Below, piece after piece: positions 25,101 through 37,600 of a stretch of 52,925 nt of DNA. The stretch covers positions 806,001 through 858,925 of the forward strand of contig JAXLNO010000051.1 in the NCBI GenBank assembly GCA_038087875.1, given 5' to 3'. The stretch is from Malacoraja senta. Taxonomy: Eukaryota. The position numbers were made by a program, and so were the translations under genes. Numbering within the stretch: the stretch's first letter is position 1; each line of letters opens with the position of its first letter. Below the pieces are notes generated by a model. The model was not told the DNA's origin. It worked only from the letters and a program-made list of their open reading frames with translations, and searched no databases.

Positions 25101-28100
25101 CGTCTCTTTACGCGTGCTTCATTTTCATCACTTTTCGTATACTGAAAGTTCGTCGCTTTTCACGTGCTGCATTTTCGTCACTTTTCGCATGCTGAATATT
25201 CGTCGCTTTTCGTGTGCAGAATTTTTGTCGCTTTTCGCAAGCTGAATTTTCAGCACTTTTCCCATGCTTCATTTTCATCGCTTTTCGTGTCCTGAAGGTT
25301 CGTCACTTTTCGCGTGCTGAATTTTTGTCACTCATTGAATGCTGAATTTTCATCGCCTTTCGCGTGCTTCATTTTCATCACTTTTCGCATCCTGAAGTTT
25401 CGTCACTTATCGTGTCCTGAATTTACTTTGCTTTTCGTGTGCTGAATTTCCGTCGCTATTCGCGTGCTTCATTTTCATCGCTTTTTGCATCCTGAAGGTT
25501 CGTCGCTTTTACCATGCTAAATTTTCATCGTTTTTCCCGTGCTTCATTTTCGTCGCTTTTCACGTGCTGGTTCATCATTTTTGACGTGCTGAATTTTCAT
25601 CGCTTTTCGCTGGCTGAATTTTCGTCACTTTTTATGTACTGAAATTTTGTCACTTTGCACGTGCTGAGATTTGCGTCGCTTTATGTGTCCCGATGTTTTG
25701 TTGCTTTTCACGTCCTGAATTTACGTTGATTTTTGTGTGCTGAATTTTCAGCGCTTTCCCATGCTTCATTTTCATCGCTTTTCGTGTCCTGAAGGTTCGT
25801 CACTTTTTGCGTGCTGAATTTTTGTCACTTTTTGAATGCTGAATTTTCATCGCCTTTCGCTTGCTTCATTTTCATTGTCTTTCGCGTGCTTCATTTTCAT
25901 CACTTTTCGCGTCCTGAAGTTTCGTCGCTTATCGTGTCCTGAATTTACTTCACTTTTCGTGTCCTGAATTTTCATCGCTTTTCGCGTGCTTCATTTTCAT
26001 CACTTTTTGCATACTGAAGGTTCGTCGCTTTTCCTATGCTAAATTTTCATCGCTTTTCCAGTGCTTCATTTTCATCGCTTTTCGCATCCTGAAGTTTCGT
26101 CGCTTTTCGCGTCCTGAATTTACGTCGCTTATCACGTGCTGTATTTTCGTCACTTTTCGCGTGCTGAAAGCTCGTCACTTTTCATGTGCTGAATTTTTAT
26201 CGCTTTGCGCAGGCTGATTTTTCGTCGATTTTCCTGTGCTCCATTTTCATCACTTTTCGCGTCCTTGAAGGCTCATCACTTTTCGCGTGCTGAATTTTTG
26301 TCACTTTTCTCATGCTGAATTTTCGTCGCCTTTCACATGCTTCATTTTCATCACTTTTCGAGTGCTTCATTTTAATCACTTTTCGCATACTGAAGGTTCG
26401 TCGCTTTTAGCATGCTAAATTTTCGTCGCTTTTCCCTTGCTTCATTTACATCACTTTTCGTGTGCTTCATTTTCATCACTTTTCGCATCCTGAAGGTTCG
26501 TCGCTTTTTACATGCTGAATTTTCGTCCATTTTCGCATGCTGAATTTTCGTCGCTTTTCGTGTGCTGAATTTTTGTCGCTTTTCTCGTTCAGAAATGTCG
26601 TCACTTTTCGCGTGCTGAATTTCTGTCGCTTTTCACGTGCTGGTTCATCATTTTTGATGTGCTAAATTTTCATCGCCTTTCGCTGGCTGAATTTACGTCG
26701 CTTTTCATGTGCTGAAATTTTGTCGCTTTGCACGTGCTGAGATTTGAGTCGCTTTATGTGTCCCGATGTTTTGTTGCTTTTCGCGTCCTGAATTTACGTT
26801 GATTTTTGTGTGATGAATTTTCATCACTTTTTGCATGCTGTATTTTTTTAGATTTTCGCATGCTAAATTTTCGTCACTTTTCGCGTGCTGAATTTTCGTC
26901 GCTTTTCACGTTCTGAAATGTCATCACTTTTTGCATGCAGAATTTTCGTCGCTTGTTGCGTGATGAATTTTTGTCACTTTTCGTGTGTTGAATTTTCGTC
27001 GCTTTTTGCATCCTGAAGATTCGTCGCATTTCACCTGCTGAATTTCCCTCACTTTTTGCGTGATGAATTTTCGTCGCTTTTACCATGCTAAATTTTCATC
27101 GCTTTTCCCGTGCTTCATTTTCATCGCTTTTCGCATCCTGAAGTTTTGTCACTTTTCGCATCCTGAATTTACGTCGCTTTTAGCATGCTAAATTTTCGTC
27201 ACTTTTCCCGTGCTTCATTTTCATTGCTTTCGCATCCTGACGGTTCATCGCTTTTCACGTGCTGTATTTTCATCACTTTTCGCATGCTGAATATTCGTCG
27301 CTTTTCACATGCTGAATTTTCATCGCCTTTCGCTGCTTCATTTTCATCACTTTTTGTGTCCTGAAGTTTCGTCGCTTTTTGCATGATAAAGTTTCGTCGC
27401 TTTTCGTGTCCTGACTTTACGTCGCTTTTCGTTTGCTGAATTTTCGGCGCTTTTCGCGTGGTTCATTTTCATCACTTTTCGCATACTGAAAGTCCGTCGC
27501 GTTTAGCATGCTAAATTTTCGTCACTTTTCTCGTGCTTCATTTTCATCGTTTTCTTATCCTGAAGGTTCGTCGCTTTTCACGTGCTGTATTTTCGTCACT
27601 TTTCGCATGCTGAATATTCGTCGCTTTTCGCATGCTGAATTTTTGTCGCTTTTCGCAAGCTGAATTTTCATCGCTTTTCCCGTGCTTGATTTTCATCGCT
27701 TTTTGTGTCCCTAAGGTTCGTCACTCTCCGCGTGCTGAACTTTCGTCGCTTTTCGAATGCTTCATTTTTTTTGCCTTTCGCGTGCTTTATTTTCATCACT
27801 TTTTGCGTCCTGGTTTCGTCGCTTTTCGCATGCTGAAGTTTTGTCGCTTTTCGCTTCCTGAATTTTCGTCGCTTTTCGCATCCTGAAGATTTGTTGCATT
27901 TCGCCTGCTGAATTTTCCTCACTTTTCGTCGATTTTGTCGCTTTGCACGTGCTGAGATTTTCGTCGGTTTATGTCCCGATGTTTTGTTGCTTTTCGTGTC
28001 CTGATTTTACGTCACTCTTCGCATGCTGAAATTTTGTCGTTTTTCGCGTGCTGAATTTTCGGCGCTTTTCGCTTCCTGAAGATCCGTCGCATTTCGCCTG

Positions 28101-29550
28101 CTGAATTTTCCTCACTTTTCGCTCTGAATTTTCATCGATTTTTGTGTCCTGAAATTTCGTCGCTTTTCACATCCTGAATTCTTGTCACTTTTCGCCTTAT
28201 GCCCCTGAATTTACGTTGTTTTTTGTGTGTGAATTTTCATCACTTTTCATGTGCTGAATTTTTATCACTTTGCGCAGGCTGATTTTTCGTCGATTTCCGT
28301 GTGCTGAAGTTTCGTCGCTTTTTGCATCATGAATTTACGTCGCTTTTCATGTGCTGAATTATCGTCGCTTTTTGCGTGTTTCATTTTCATCACTTTTCGC
28401 ATACTGAAGGTTCGTCACTTTTCGCTTGCTGAATTTTCGTTGCTTTTCGCGTCCTGAAGGTTCGTCGCTTTCCACATGGTGAAGTTTCGTCATTTTTCGC
28501 GTGCTGAATTTTCGTCGCTTTTCACGTTCTGAATGTCCGTCACTTTTCGCGTGCTGAATTTTCGTCGATTTTCGCAAGCTGAATTTTCATCGCTTTTCCC
28601 GTGCTTCATTTTCATTGCTTTTCGCGTCATGAAGGTTCATCACTTTTCGCATGCTGAATTTTTGTCACTTTTCGCGTGCTGAATTTTTGTCACTTTTGGC
28701 ATGCTGAATTTTCGTCGCTTTTCGCGTGCTGAATTTTTGTCGAATTTCGCATGCTGAATTTTCGCCGCCTTTCGAGTGCTTCATTTTCATCGCCTTTCGC
28801 GTGCTTTATTTTCATCACTTTTCGCATCCTGAAGTTTCGTCGCTTTTCGCATGCTGAAGTTTCGTCACTTTTCGCGTCCTGAATTTTCGTCGCTTTTCGC
28901 ATCCTGAAGATTCGTTGCATTTTGCCTGCTGAATTTTCCTCACTTTTCGTCAATTTTGACGCTTTGCACATGCTGAGATTTTCGTCGGTTTATGTCCCGA
29001 TGCTTTGTAGCTTTTCGCGTCCTGATTTTATGTCACTTTTCGCGTCCTGAATTTTTGTCGTTTTTCGCATGCTGAATTTTCGTCGCTTTTCGCTTCCTGA
29101 AGATTCGTCGCAATTCGCCTGCTGAATTTTCCTCACTTTTCGCGTGCTGAATTTTCATCGATTTTTGTGTCCTGAAAGCTTGTCACTTTTCATGTGCTGA
29201 ATTTTCATCACTTTTCGCGTCCTGAAGTTTCGTCGCTTATCGTGTCCTGAATTTACTTTGCTTTTCGTGTGCTGAATTTTCGTCGCTTTTCGCGTGCTTC
29301 ATTTTCATCACTTTTCGCATACTGAAGGTTCGTCGCTTTTACCATGCTAAATATTCATCGCTTTTCCCGTGCTTCTTTTTCATCGCTTTTCGCATCCTGA
29401 AGTTTCGTCGCTTTTCGCGTCCTGAATTTAAGTCGCTTTTCGTGTGCTGAATTTTCGTCACTTTTCGCGTGCTTCATTTTGTCACTTTTCGCATACTGAA
29501 GGTTCGTCGCTTTTAGCATGCTAAATTTTCGTCGCTTTTCCCGTGCTTCA

Positions 29551-30444
29551 TTTTCATCGCTTTCGCATCCTGAAGGTTCGTCGCTTTTCACGTGCTGTAT
29601 TTTCATCACTTTTCGCATGCTGAATATTCGTCGCTTTTCACATGCTGAATTTTCATCGTCTTTCGCTGCTTCATTTTCATCACTTTATGTGTCCTGAAAT
29701 TTCATCGCTTTTTGCATGCTGAAGTTTCGTCGCTTTTCGTGTCCTGACTTTACGTCGCTTTTCGTGTGCTGAATTTTAATTGCTTTTTGCGTGCTTCATT
29801 TTCATCACTTTTCGCATACTGAAAGTCCGTCGCGTTTAGCATGCTATATTTTCGTTGCTTTTCTCGTGCTTCATTTTCATCGTTTTCTTAGCCTGAAGGT
29901 TCGTCGCTTTTCACGTGCTGTATTTTCGTCACTTTTCGCATGCTGAATATTCGTCGCTTATCGCATGCTGAATTTTTGTCGCTTTTCGCAAGCTGAATTT
30001 TCATCGCTTTCGCATCCTGAAGGTTCGTCGCTTTTCACGTGCTGTATTTTCATCACTTTTCGCATGCTGAATATTCGTCGCTTTTCACATGCTGAATTTT
30101 CATCGTCTTTCGCTGCTTCATTTTCATCACTTTATGTGTCCTGAAATTTAATCGCTTTTTGCATGCTGAAGTTTCGTCGCTTTTCGTGTCCTGACTTTAC
30201 GTCGCTTTTCGTGTGCTGAATTTTAATTGCTTTTTGCGTGCTTCATTTTCATCACTTTTCGCATACTGAAAGTCCGTCGCGTTTAGCATGCTATATTTTC
30301 GTTGCTTTTCTCGTGCTTCATTTTCATCGTTTTCTTAGCCTGAAGGTTCGTCGCTTTTCACGTGCTGTATTTTCGTCACTTTTCGCATGCTGAATATTCG
30401 TCGCTTATCGCATGCTGAATTTTTGTCGCTTTTCGCAAGCTGAA
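29551..30444. repeat. 447-bp near-identical tandem duplication, present only in block copy 1
   Basis: Matching CGCATCCTGAAGG starts at 29564 and 30011 and both copies share TTTTAATTGC. The copy1/copy2 offset drops from 12549 to 12102 across this segment. Confidence 0.9.
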
Positions 30445-32489
30445 TTTTCATCGCTTTTCCCGTGCTTGATTTTCATCGCTTTTCGTGTCCTGAAGGTTCG
30501 TCACTCTTCGCGTGCTGAAGTTTCGTCGCTTTTCGAATGCTGAATTTTCGTCGCCTTTCGCGTGCTTCATTTTCATCGCCTTTCGCGTGCTTTATTTTCA
30601 TCACTTTTCGCGTCCTGAAGTTTCGTCGCTTTTCGCATGCTGAAGTTTCGTCACTTTTCGTGTCCTGAATATTCGTCGCTTTTCGCATCCTGAAGATTCG
30701 TTGCATTTTGCCTGCTGAATTTTCCTCACTTTTCGTCAATTTTGACGCTTTGCGCGTGCTGAGATTTTCGTCGGTTTATGTCCCGATGTTTTGTTGCTTT
30801 TCGCGTCCTGATTTTATGTCACTTTTCGTGTGCTGAATTTTCGTCACTTTTCGCGTGCTTCATTTTGTCACTTTTCGCATACTGAAGGTTCGTCGCTTTT
30901 AGCATGCTAAATTTTCGTCGCTTTTCCCGTGCTTCATTTTCATCGCTTTCGCATCCTGAAGGTTCGTCGCTTTTCACGTGCTGTATTTTCATCACTTTTC
31001 GCATGCTGAATATTCGTCGCTTTTCACATGCTGAATTTTCATCGCCTTTCGCTGCTTCATTTTCATCACTTTTTGTGTCCTGAAATTTCGTCGCTTTTTG
31101 AATGCTGAAGTTTCGTCGCTTTTCGTGTCCTGACTTTACGTCGCTTTTCGTGTGCTGAATTTTCATTGCTTTTCGCGTGCTTCATTTTCATCACTTTTCG
31201 CATAGTGAAAGTCCGTCGCGTTTAGCATGCAAAATTTTCGTTGCTTTTCTCGTGCTTCATTTTCATCGTTTTCTTAGCCTGAAGGTTCATCGCTTTTCAC
31301 GTGCTGTATTTTCGTCACTTTTCGCATGCTGAATATTCGTCGCTTATCGCATGCTGAATTTTTGTCGCTTTTCGCAAGCTGAATTTTCATCGCTTTTCAC
31401 GTGCTTGATTTTCATCGCTTTTCGTGTCCTGAATGTTCGTCACTCTTCGCATGCTGAAGTTTCGTCGCTTTTCGAATGCTGAATTTTCGTCGCCTTTTGC
31501 GTGCTTCATTTTCATCGCCTTTCGCGTGCTTTATTTTCATCACTTTTCGCGTCCTGAAGTTTCGTCGCTTTTCGCATCCTGAAGATTCGTTGCATTTTGC
31601 CTGCTGAATTTTCCTCACTTTTCGTCAATTTTGACGCTTTGCACGTGCTGAGATTTTCGTCGGTTTATGTCCCGATGCTTTGTAGCTTTTCGCGTCCTGA
31701 TTTTATGTCACTTTTCGCGTCTTGAATTTTTGTCGTTTTTCGCATGCTGAATTTTCGTCGCTTTTCGCTTCCTGAAGATTCGTCGCAATTCGCCTGCTGA
31801 ATTTTCCTCACTTTTCGCGTGCTGAATTTTCATCGATTTTTGTGTCCTGAAAGCTCGTCACTTTTCATGTGCTGAATTTTTATCGCTTTGCGCAGGCTGT
31901 TTTTTCGTCAATTTTTGTGTGCTGAAATTTCGTCGCTTTTCACGTCCTGAATTTTTGTCACTTTTCGCCTTATGCCCCTGAATTTACGTTGCTTTTTGTG
32001 TGCTGAATTTTCGTCACTTTTCGCGTGCTTCATTTTGTCACTTTTCGCATACTGAAGGTTCGTCGCTTTTAGCATGCTAAATTTTCGTCGCTTTTCCCGT
32101 GCTTCATTTTCATCGCTTTCGCATCCTGAAAGTTCGTCGCTTTTCACGTGCTGTATTTTCATCACTTTTCGCATGCTGAATATTCGTCGCTTTTCACATG
32201 CTGAATTTTCATCGCCTTTCGCTGCTTCATTTTCATCACTTTATGTGTCCTGAAATTTCGTCGCTTTTTGCATGCTGAAGTTTCGTCGCTTTTCGTGTCC
32301 TGACTTTACGTCGCTTTTCGTGCGCTGAATTTTCATTGCTTTTCGCGTGCTTCATTTTCATCACTTTTTGCATACTGAAAGTTCGTCGCGTTTAGCATGC
32401 AATATTTTCGTTGCTTTTCTCGTGCTTCATTTTCATCGTTTTCTTAGCCTGAAGGTTCGTCGCTTTTCACGTGCTGTATTTTCTTCACT

Positions 32490-34360
32490 TTTCGCATGCT
32501 GAATATTCGTCGCTTATCGCATGCTGAATTTTTGTCGCTTTTCGCAAGCTGAATTTTCATCGCTTTTCCCGTGCTTGATTTTCATCGCTTTTCGTGTCCT
32601 GAAGGTTCGTCACTCTTCGCGTGCTGAAGTTTCGTCGCTTTTCGAATGCTGAATTTTCGTCGCCTTTCGCGTGCTTCATTTTCATCACCTTTCACGTGCT
32701 TTATTTTCATCACTTTTCGCGTCCTGTAGTTTCGTCGCTTTTCGCATGCTGAAGTTTCGTCACTTTTCGCGTCCTGAATTTTCGTCGCTTTTCGCATCCT
32801 GAAGATTCGTTGCATTTTGCCTGCTGAATTTTCGTCACGTTTCGTCAATTTTGACGCTTTGCGCGTGCTGAGATTTTCGTCGGTTTATGTCCCGATGTTT
32901 TGTTGCTTTTCACGTCCTGATTTTATGTCACTTTTCGTGTGCTGAATTTTCGTCACTTTTCACGTGATTCATTTTGTCACTTTTCGCATACTGGTTCGTC
33001 GCTTTTAGCATGCTAAATTTTCGTCGCTTTTCCCGTGCTTCATTTTCATCGCTTTCGCATCCTGAAGGTTCGTCGCTTTTCACGTGCTGTATTTTCATCA
33101 CTTTTCGCATGCTGAATATTCGTCGCTTTTCACATGCTGAATTTTCATCGCCTTTCGCTGCTTCATTTTCATCACTTTTTGTGTCCTGAAATTTCGTCAC
33201 TTTTTGCATGCTGAAGTTTCGTCGCTTTTCGTGTCCTGACTTTACGTCGCTTTTCGTGTGCTGAATTTTCATTGCTTTTCGCGTGCTTCATTTTCATCAC
33301 TTTTCGCATACTGAATGTCCGTCGCGTTTAGCATGCAAAATTTTCGTTGCTTTTCTCGTGCTTCATTTTCATCGTTTTCTTAGCCTGAAGGTTCATAGCT
33401 TTTCACGTGCTGTATTTTCGTCACTTTTCGCATGCTGAATATTCGTCGCTTATCGCATGCTGAATTTTTGTCGCTTTTCGCAAGCTGAATTTTCATCGCT
33501 TTTCCCGTGCTTGATTTTCATCGCTTTTCGTGTCCTGAAGGTTCGTCACTCTTCGCGTGCTGAAGTTTCGTCGCTTTTCGAATGCTGAATTTTCGTCGCC
33601 TTTCGCGTGCTTCATTTTCATCACCTTTCACGTGCTTTATTTTCATCACTTTTCGCGTCCTGTAGTTTCGTCGCTTTTCGCATGCTGAAGTTTCGTCACT
33701 TTTCGCGTCCTGAATTTTCGTCGCTTTTCGCATCCTGAAGATTCGTTGCATTTTGCCTGCTGAATTTTCGTCACGTTTCGTCAATTTTGACGCTTTGCGC
33801 GTGCTGAGATTTTCGTCGGTTTATGTCCCGATGTTTTGTTGCTTTTCACGTCCTGATTTTATGTCACTTTTCGTGTGCTGAATTTTCGTCACTTTTCACG
33901 TGATTCATTTTGTCACTTTTCGCATACTGGTTCGTCGCTTTTAGCATGCTAAATTTTCGTCGCTTTTCCCGTGCTTCATTTTCATCGCTTTCGCATCCTG
34001 AAGGTTCGTCGCTTTTCACGTGCTGTATTTTCATCACTTTTCGCATGCTGAATATTCGTCGCTTTTCACATGCTGAATTTTCATCGCCTTTCGCTGCTTC
34101 ATTTTCATCACTTTTTGTGTCCTGAAATTTCGTCACTTTTTGCATGCTGAAGTTTCGTCGCTTTTCGTGTCCTGACTTTACGTCGCTTTTCGTGTGCTGA
34201 ATTTTCATTGCTTTTCGCGTGCTTCATTTTCATCACTTTTCGCATACTGAATGTCCGTCGCGTTTAGCATGCAAAATTTTCGTTGCTTTTCTCGTGCTTC
34301 ATTTTCATCGTTTTCTTAGCCTGAAGGTTCATAGCTTTTCACGTGCTGTATTTTCGTCAC
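32490..34360. repeat. 936-bp near-identical tandem duplication
   Basis: Identical ORF translations at 32582/33518, 32928/33864 and 32974/33910, all offset 936. Confidence 0.92.
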
Positions 34361-34633
34361 TTTTCGCATGCCTATATTCGTCGCTTATCGCATACTGAAT
34401 TTTTGTCGCTTTTCGCAAGCTGAATTTTCATCGCTTTTCCCGTGCTTGATTTTCATCACTTTTCATGTCCTGAATGTTCGTCACTCTTCGCGTGCTGAAG
34501 TTTCGTCGCTTTTCGAATGCTGAATTTTCGTCGCCTTTCGCGTGCTTCATTTTCATCGCCTTTCGCGTGCTTTATTTTCATCACTTTTCGCGTCCTGAAG
34601 TTTCGTCGCATTTCGCATGCTGAAGTTTCGTCA

Positions 34634-37600
34634 CTTTTCGCCAGCTTCAATTTCATCACTTTTCGCGTCCTGAAGGCTCGTCGCTTTTCGCATGCTGAAG
34701 TTTTGTTGCTTTTTGCGTCCTGAATTTACGTCGCTTTTCATGTGCTGAAGTTATGTTGCTTTGCACGTGCTGACATTTTCGTCGCTTTATGTCCCGATAT
34801 TTTGTTGCTTTTCGCGTCCTGAATTTACTTTGTTTTTATGTGCTGAATTTCCGTCGCTTTTCACGTTCTGAAATTTCGTCACTTTTCGCGTGCTGAATTT
34901 TTGTCGCTTTTCGCAGGCTGAGTTTTTGTCGCTTTTCGCGTGATGTATTTTTTTCACTTTTCGCGGGTGAATTTTCGTCGCTTGTCTCGTTCTGAAATTT
35001 CGTCACTTTTCGCTTGCTGAATTTTCGTCGCTTTTCGCGTCCTGAAGGTTCGTCGCTTTCCGCATGCTGAAGTTTCGTCACTTTTCGTGTGCTGAATTTT
35101 CGTCGCTTTTCACGTTCTGAAATTTCGTCACTTTTCGCGTGCTGAATTTTCGTCGCTTTTCGCGTGATGAATTTTTGTCGCTTTTCGCAGGCTGAGTTTT
35201 TGTCGCTTTTCGCGTGCTGTATTTTTTTCACTTTTCGTGGCTGAATTTTCGTCGCTTGTCTCGTTCTGAAATTTCGTCACATTTCGCTTGCTGAATTTTC
35301 GTCGCTTTTCGCGTCCTGAAGGTTCGTCGCTTTCCGCATGCTGAAGTTTCGTCACTTTTCCCGTGCTGAATTTTCGTCGCTTTTCGCGTTCTGAAATTTC
35401 GTCACTTTTCGCGCGCTGAATTTTCGTCGATTTTCGCAAGCTGAATTTTCAGCGCTTTTCCTGTGCTTCATTCTCATTGCTTTTCACGTCCTGAAGGTTC
35501 GTCACTTTTCACGTGCTGAATTTACTTCACTTTTCGCGTGCTGAATTTTTGTCGATTTTCTCATGCTGAATTTTCGTCGATTTTCGCATCCTGAAGATTC
35601 GTCGCATTCCGCCTGCTGAATCTTCCTCAATTTTCGCGTGCTGAATTTTAGTCGATTTTCGTGTCCTGAAAGGTCGTCACTTTTCATGTGCTGAATTTTT
35701 ATTGCTTTGCGCAGGCTGATTTTTCGTCGAATTTCGTGTGCTGAAATCTCGTCACTTTTCACGTCCTGAAATATCGTCGCTTTATACGTGCTGAATTTTT
35801 GTCGCTTTTCGCATGCTGAATTTACGTTGCCTTTCGCGTGCTTCATTTTCTTCACCTTTCACGAGCTTCATTTTTATCGCCTTTCGCGTGCTTCATTTTC
35901 ATCACTTTTCGCATCCTGAAGGTTCATCGCTTTTTGCATGCTGAAGTTTCGTCACTTTCGCATCCTGAATTTACGTCGCTTTTCATGTGCTGAATTATCA
36001 TTGCTTTTTGCGTGTTTCATTTGCATCACTTTTCGCATACTGAAGTTTCATCGCTTTTCGCATGCTGAATTTTCGTCGCTTTTCGCGTTCTCAAGGTTCG
36101 TCACTTTTCCTGTGCTGAATTTTCGTTGCTTTTCACGTCCTGAAATTTCGTCGCTTTTCGCAAGCATAATTTTCATCGCTTTTCCCGTGCTTTATATTCA
36201 TCGCTTTTCGCGTCAAGGTTCGTCACTTTTCGCGTGCTGAATTTTCGTCGCTTTTCGTGTAATGAATTTTTGTATTTTTTCGCAGGTTGAGTTTTCATCG
36301 TTTTTCACGTGCTGTATTTTCGTCACTTTTCACAGGCTGAATATTCGTCGCTTTCCGCGTGCTGAATTTTTGTCGCTTTTCAGGTTCTGAAATTTTCGTC
36401 GCTAATCTCTTTCTGAAATATCCTTTTCGCGTGCTAAATTTTCGTCGCTTTTCGCATCCTTGTTCATCACTTTTGTCGTGCTGCACTTTCATCACTTTTC
36501 GCAGGCTGAGTTTTCATCGCTTTTCACGTGCTGAAGGTTCATCAATTTTGACGTGCTGAATTTTCCATCGCTTTTCATTGGCTGAATATTCGTCGCTTTT
36601 TATGTACTGAAATTTTGTCACTTTGCACGTGCTGAGATTTTCGTCGCTTTATATGTCCCGATGTTTTGTTGCTTTTCACGTCCTGAATTTACGTCGCTTT
36701 TTGTGTGCTCAATTTTCATCGTTTTTTGCATGCTGTATTTTTGTAGATTTTCGCATGCTGAATTTTCGTCACTTTTCGCGTGCTGAAAGCTCGTCACTTT
36801 TCATTTGCTGAATTTTTATCGCTTTGCGCAGGCTGATTTTTCGTCGATTTTCCCGTGCTTCATTTTCATCACTTTTCGCGTCCTGAAGGCTCATGACTTT
36901 TCGCGTGCTGAATTTTTGTCACTTTTAGCATGCTAAATTTTCGTCGCTTTTCCCATGCTTCATTTTCATCGCATTTCGCATCCTGAAGATCCGTCGCTTT
37001 TTACATGCTGAATTTTCGTCGATTTTCGCATGGTGAATTTTCGTCGCTTTTCGTGTGCTGAATTTTTGTCGCTTTTCACGTGCCGGTTCATCATTTTTGA
37101 CGTGCTGAATTTTCATCGCCTTTCGCTGGCTGAATTTATGTCGCTTTTCATGTGCTGAAATTTTGTCGCTTTGCACGTGTTGAGATTTGCGTCACTTTAT
37201 GTGTCCCGATGTTTTGTTGCTTTTCACATCCTGAATTTATGTTGATTTTTGTGTGCTGAATTTTCATCGCTTTTTGCATGCTGTATTTTTGTAGAATTTC
37301 GCATGCTAAATTTTCGTCACTTTTCGCGTGCTGAATTTTTGTCGCTTTTCACGTTCTGAAATTTCATCACTTTTTGCAAGCAGAATTTTCGTCGCTTTAT
37401 GCGTGCTGAATTTTTGTCGCTTTTCGCGTGTTGAATTTTCGTCGTTTTTCGCATCCTGAAGATTCGTCGCATTTCGCCTGCTAAATTTTCCTCACTTTTT
37501 GCGTGATGAATTTTCATCACTTTGCGCGTCCTGAAGTTTTGTCGCTTTTTGCAGGCTCAAGTTTCGTCGCTTTTTGCATCCTGAATTTACTTTGCTTTGC

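Larger units (their letters stand above)
21960..34633. repeat. Large tandem block duplication, copy 1 (12674 bp)
   Basis: CGCCAGCTTCAATTTC occurs at 21965 and 34639. ORFs 22162/34836, 22828/35502, 24251/36925, 26197/38871 and 27199/39873 are all offset by 12674. Confidence 0.95.
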
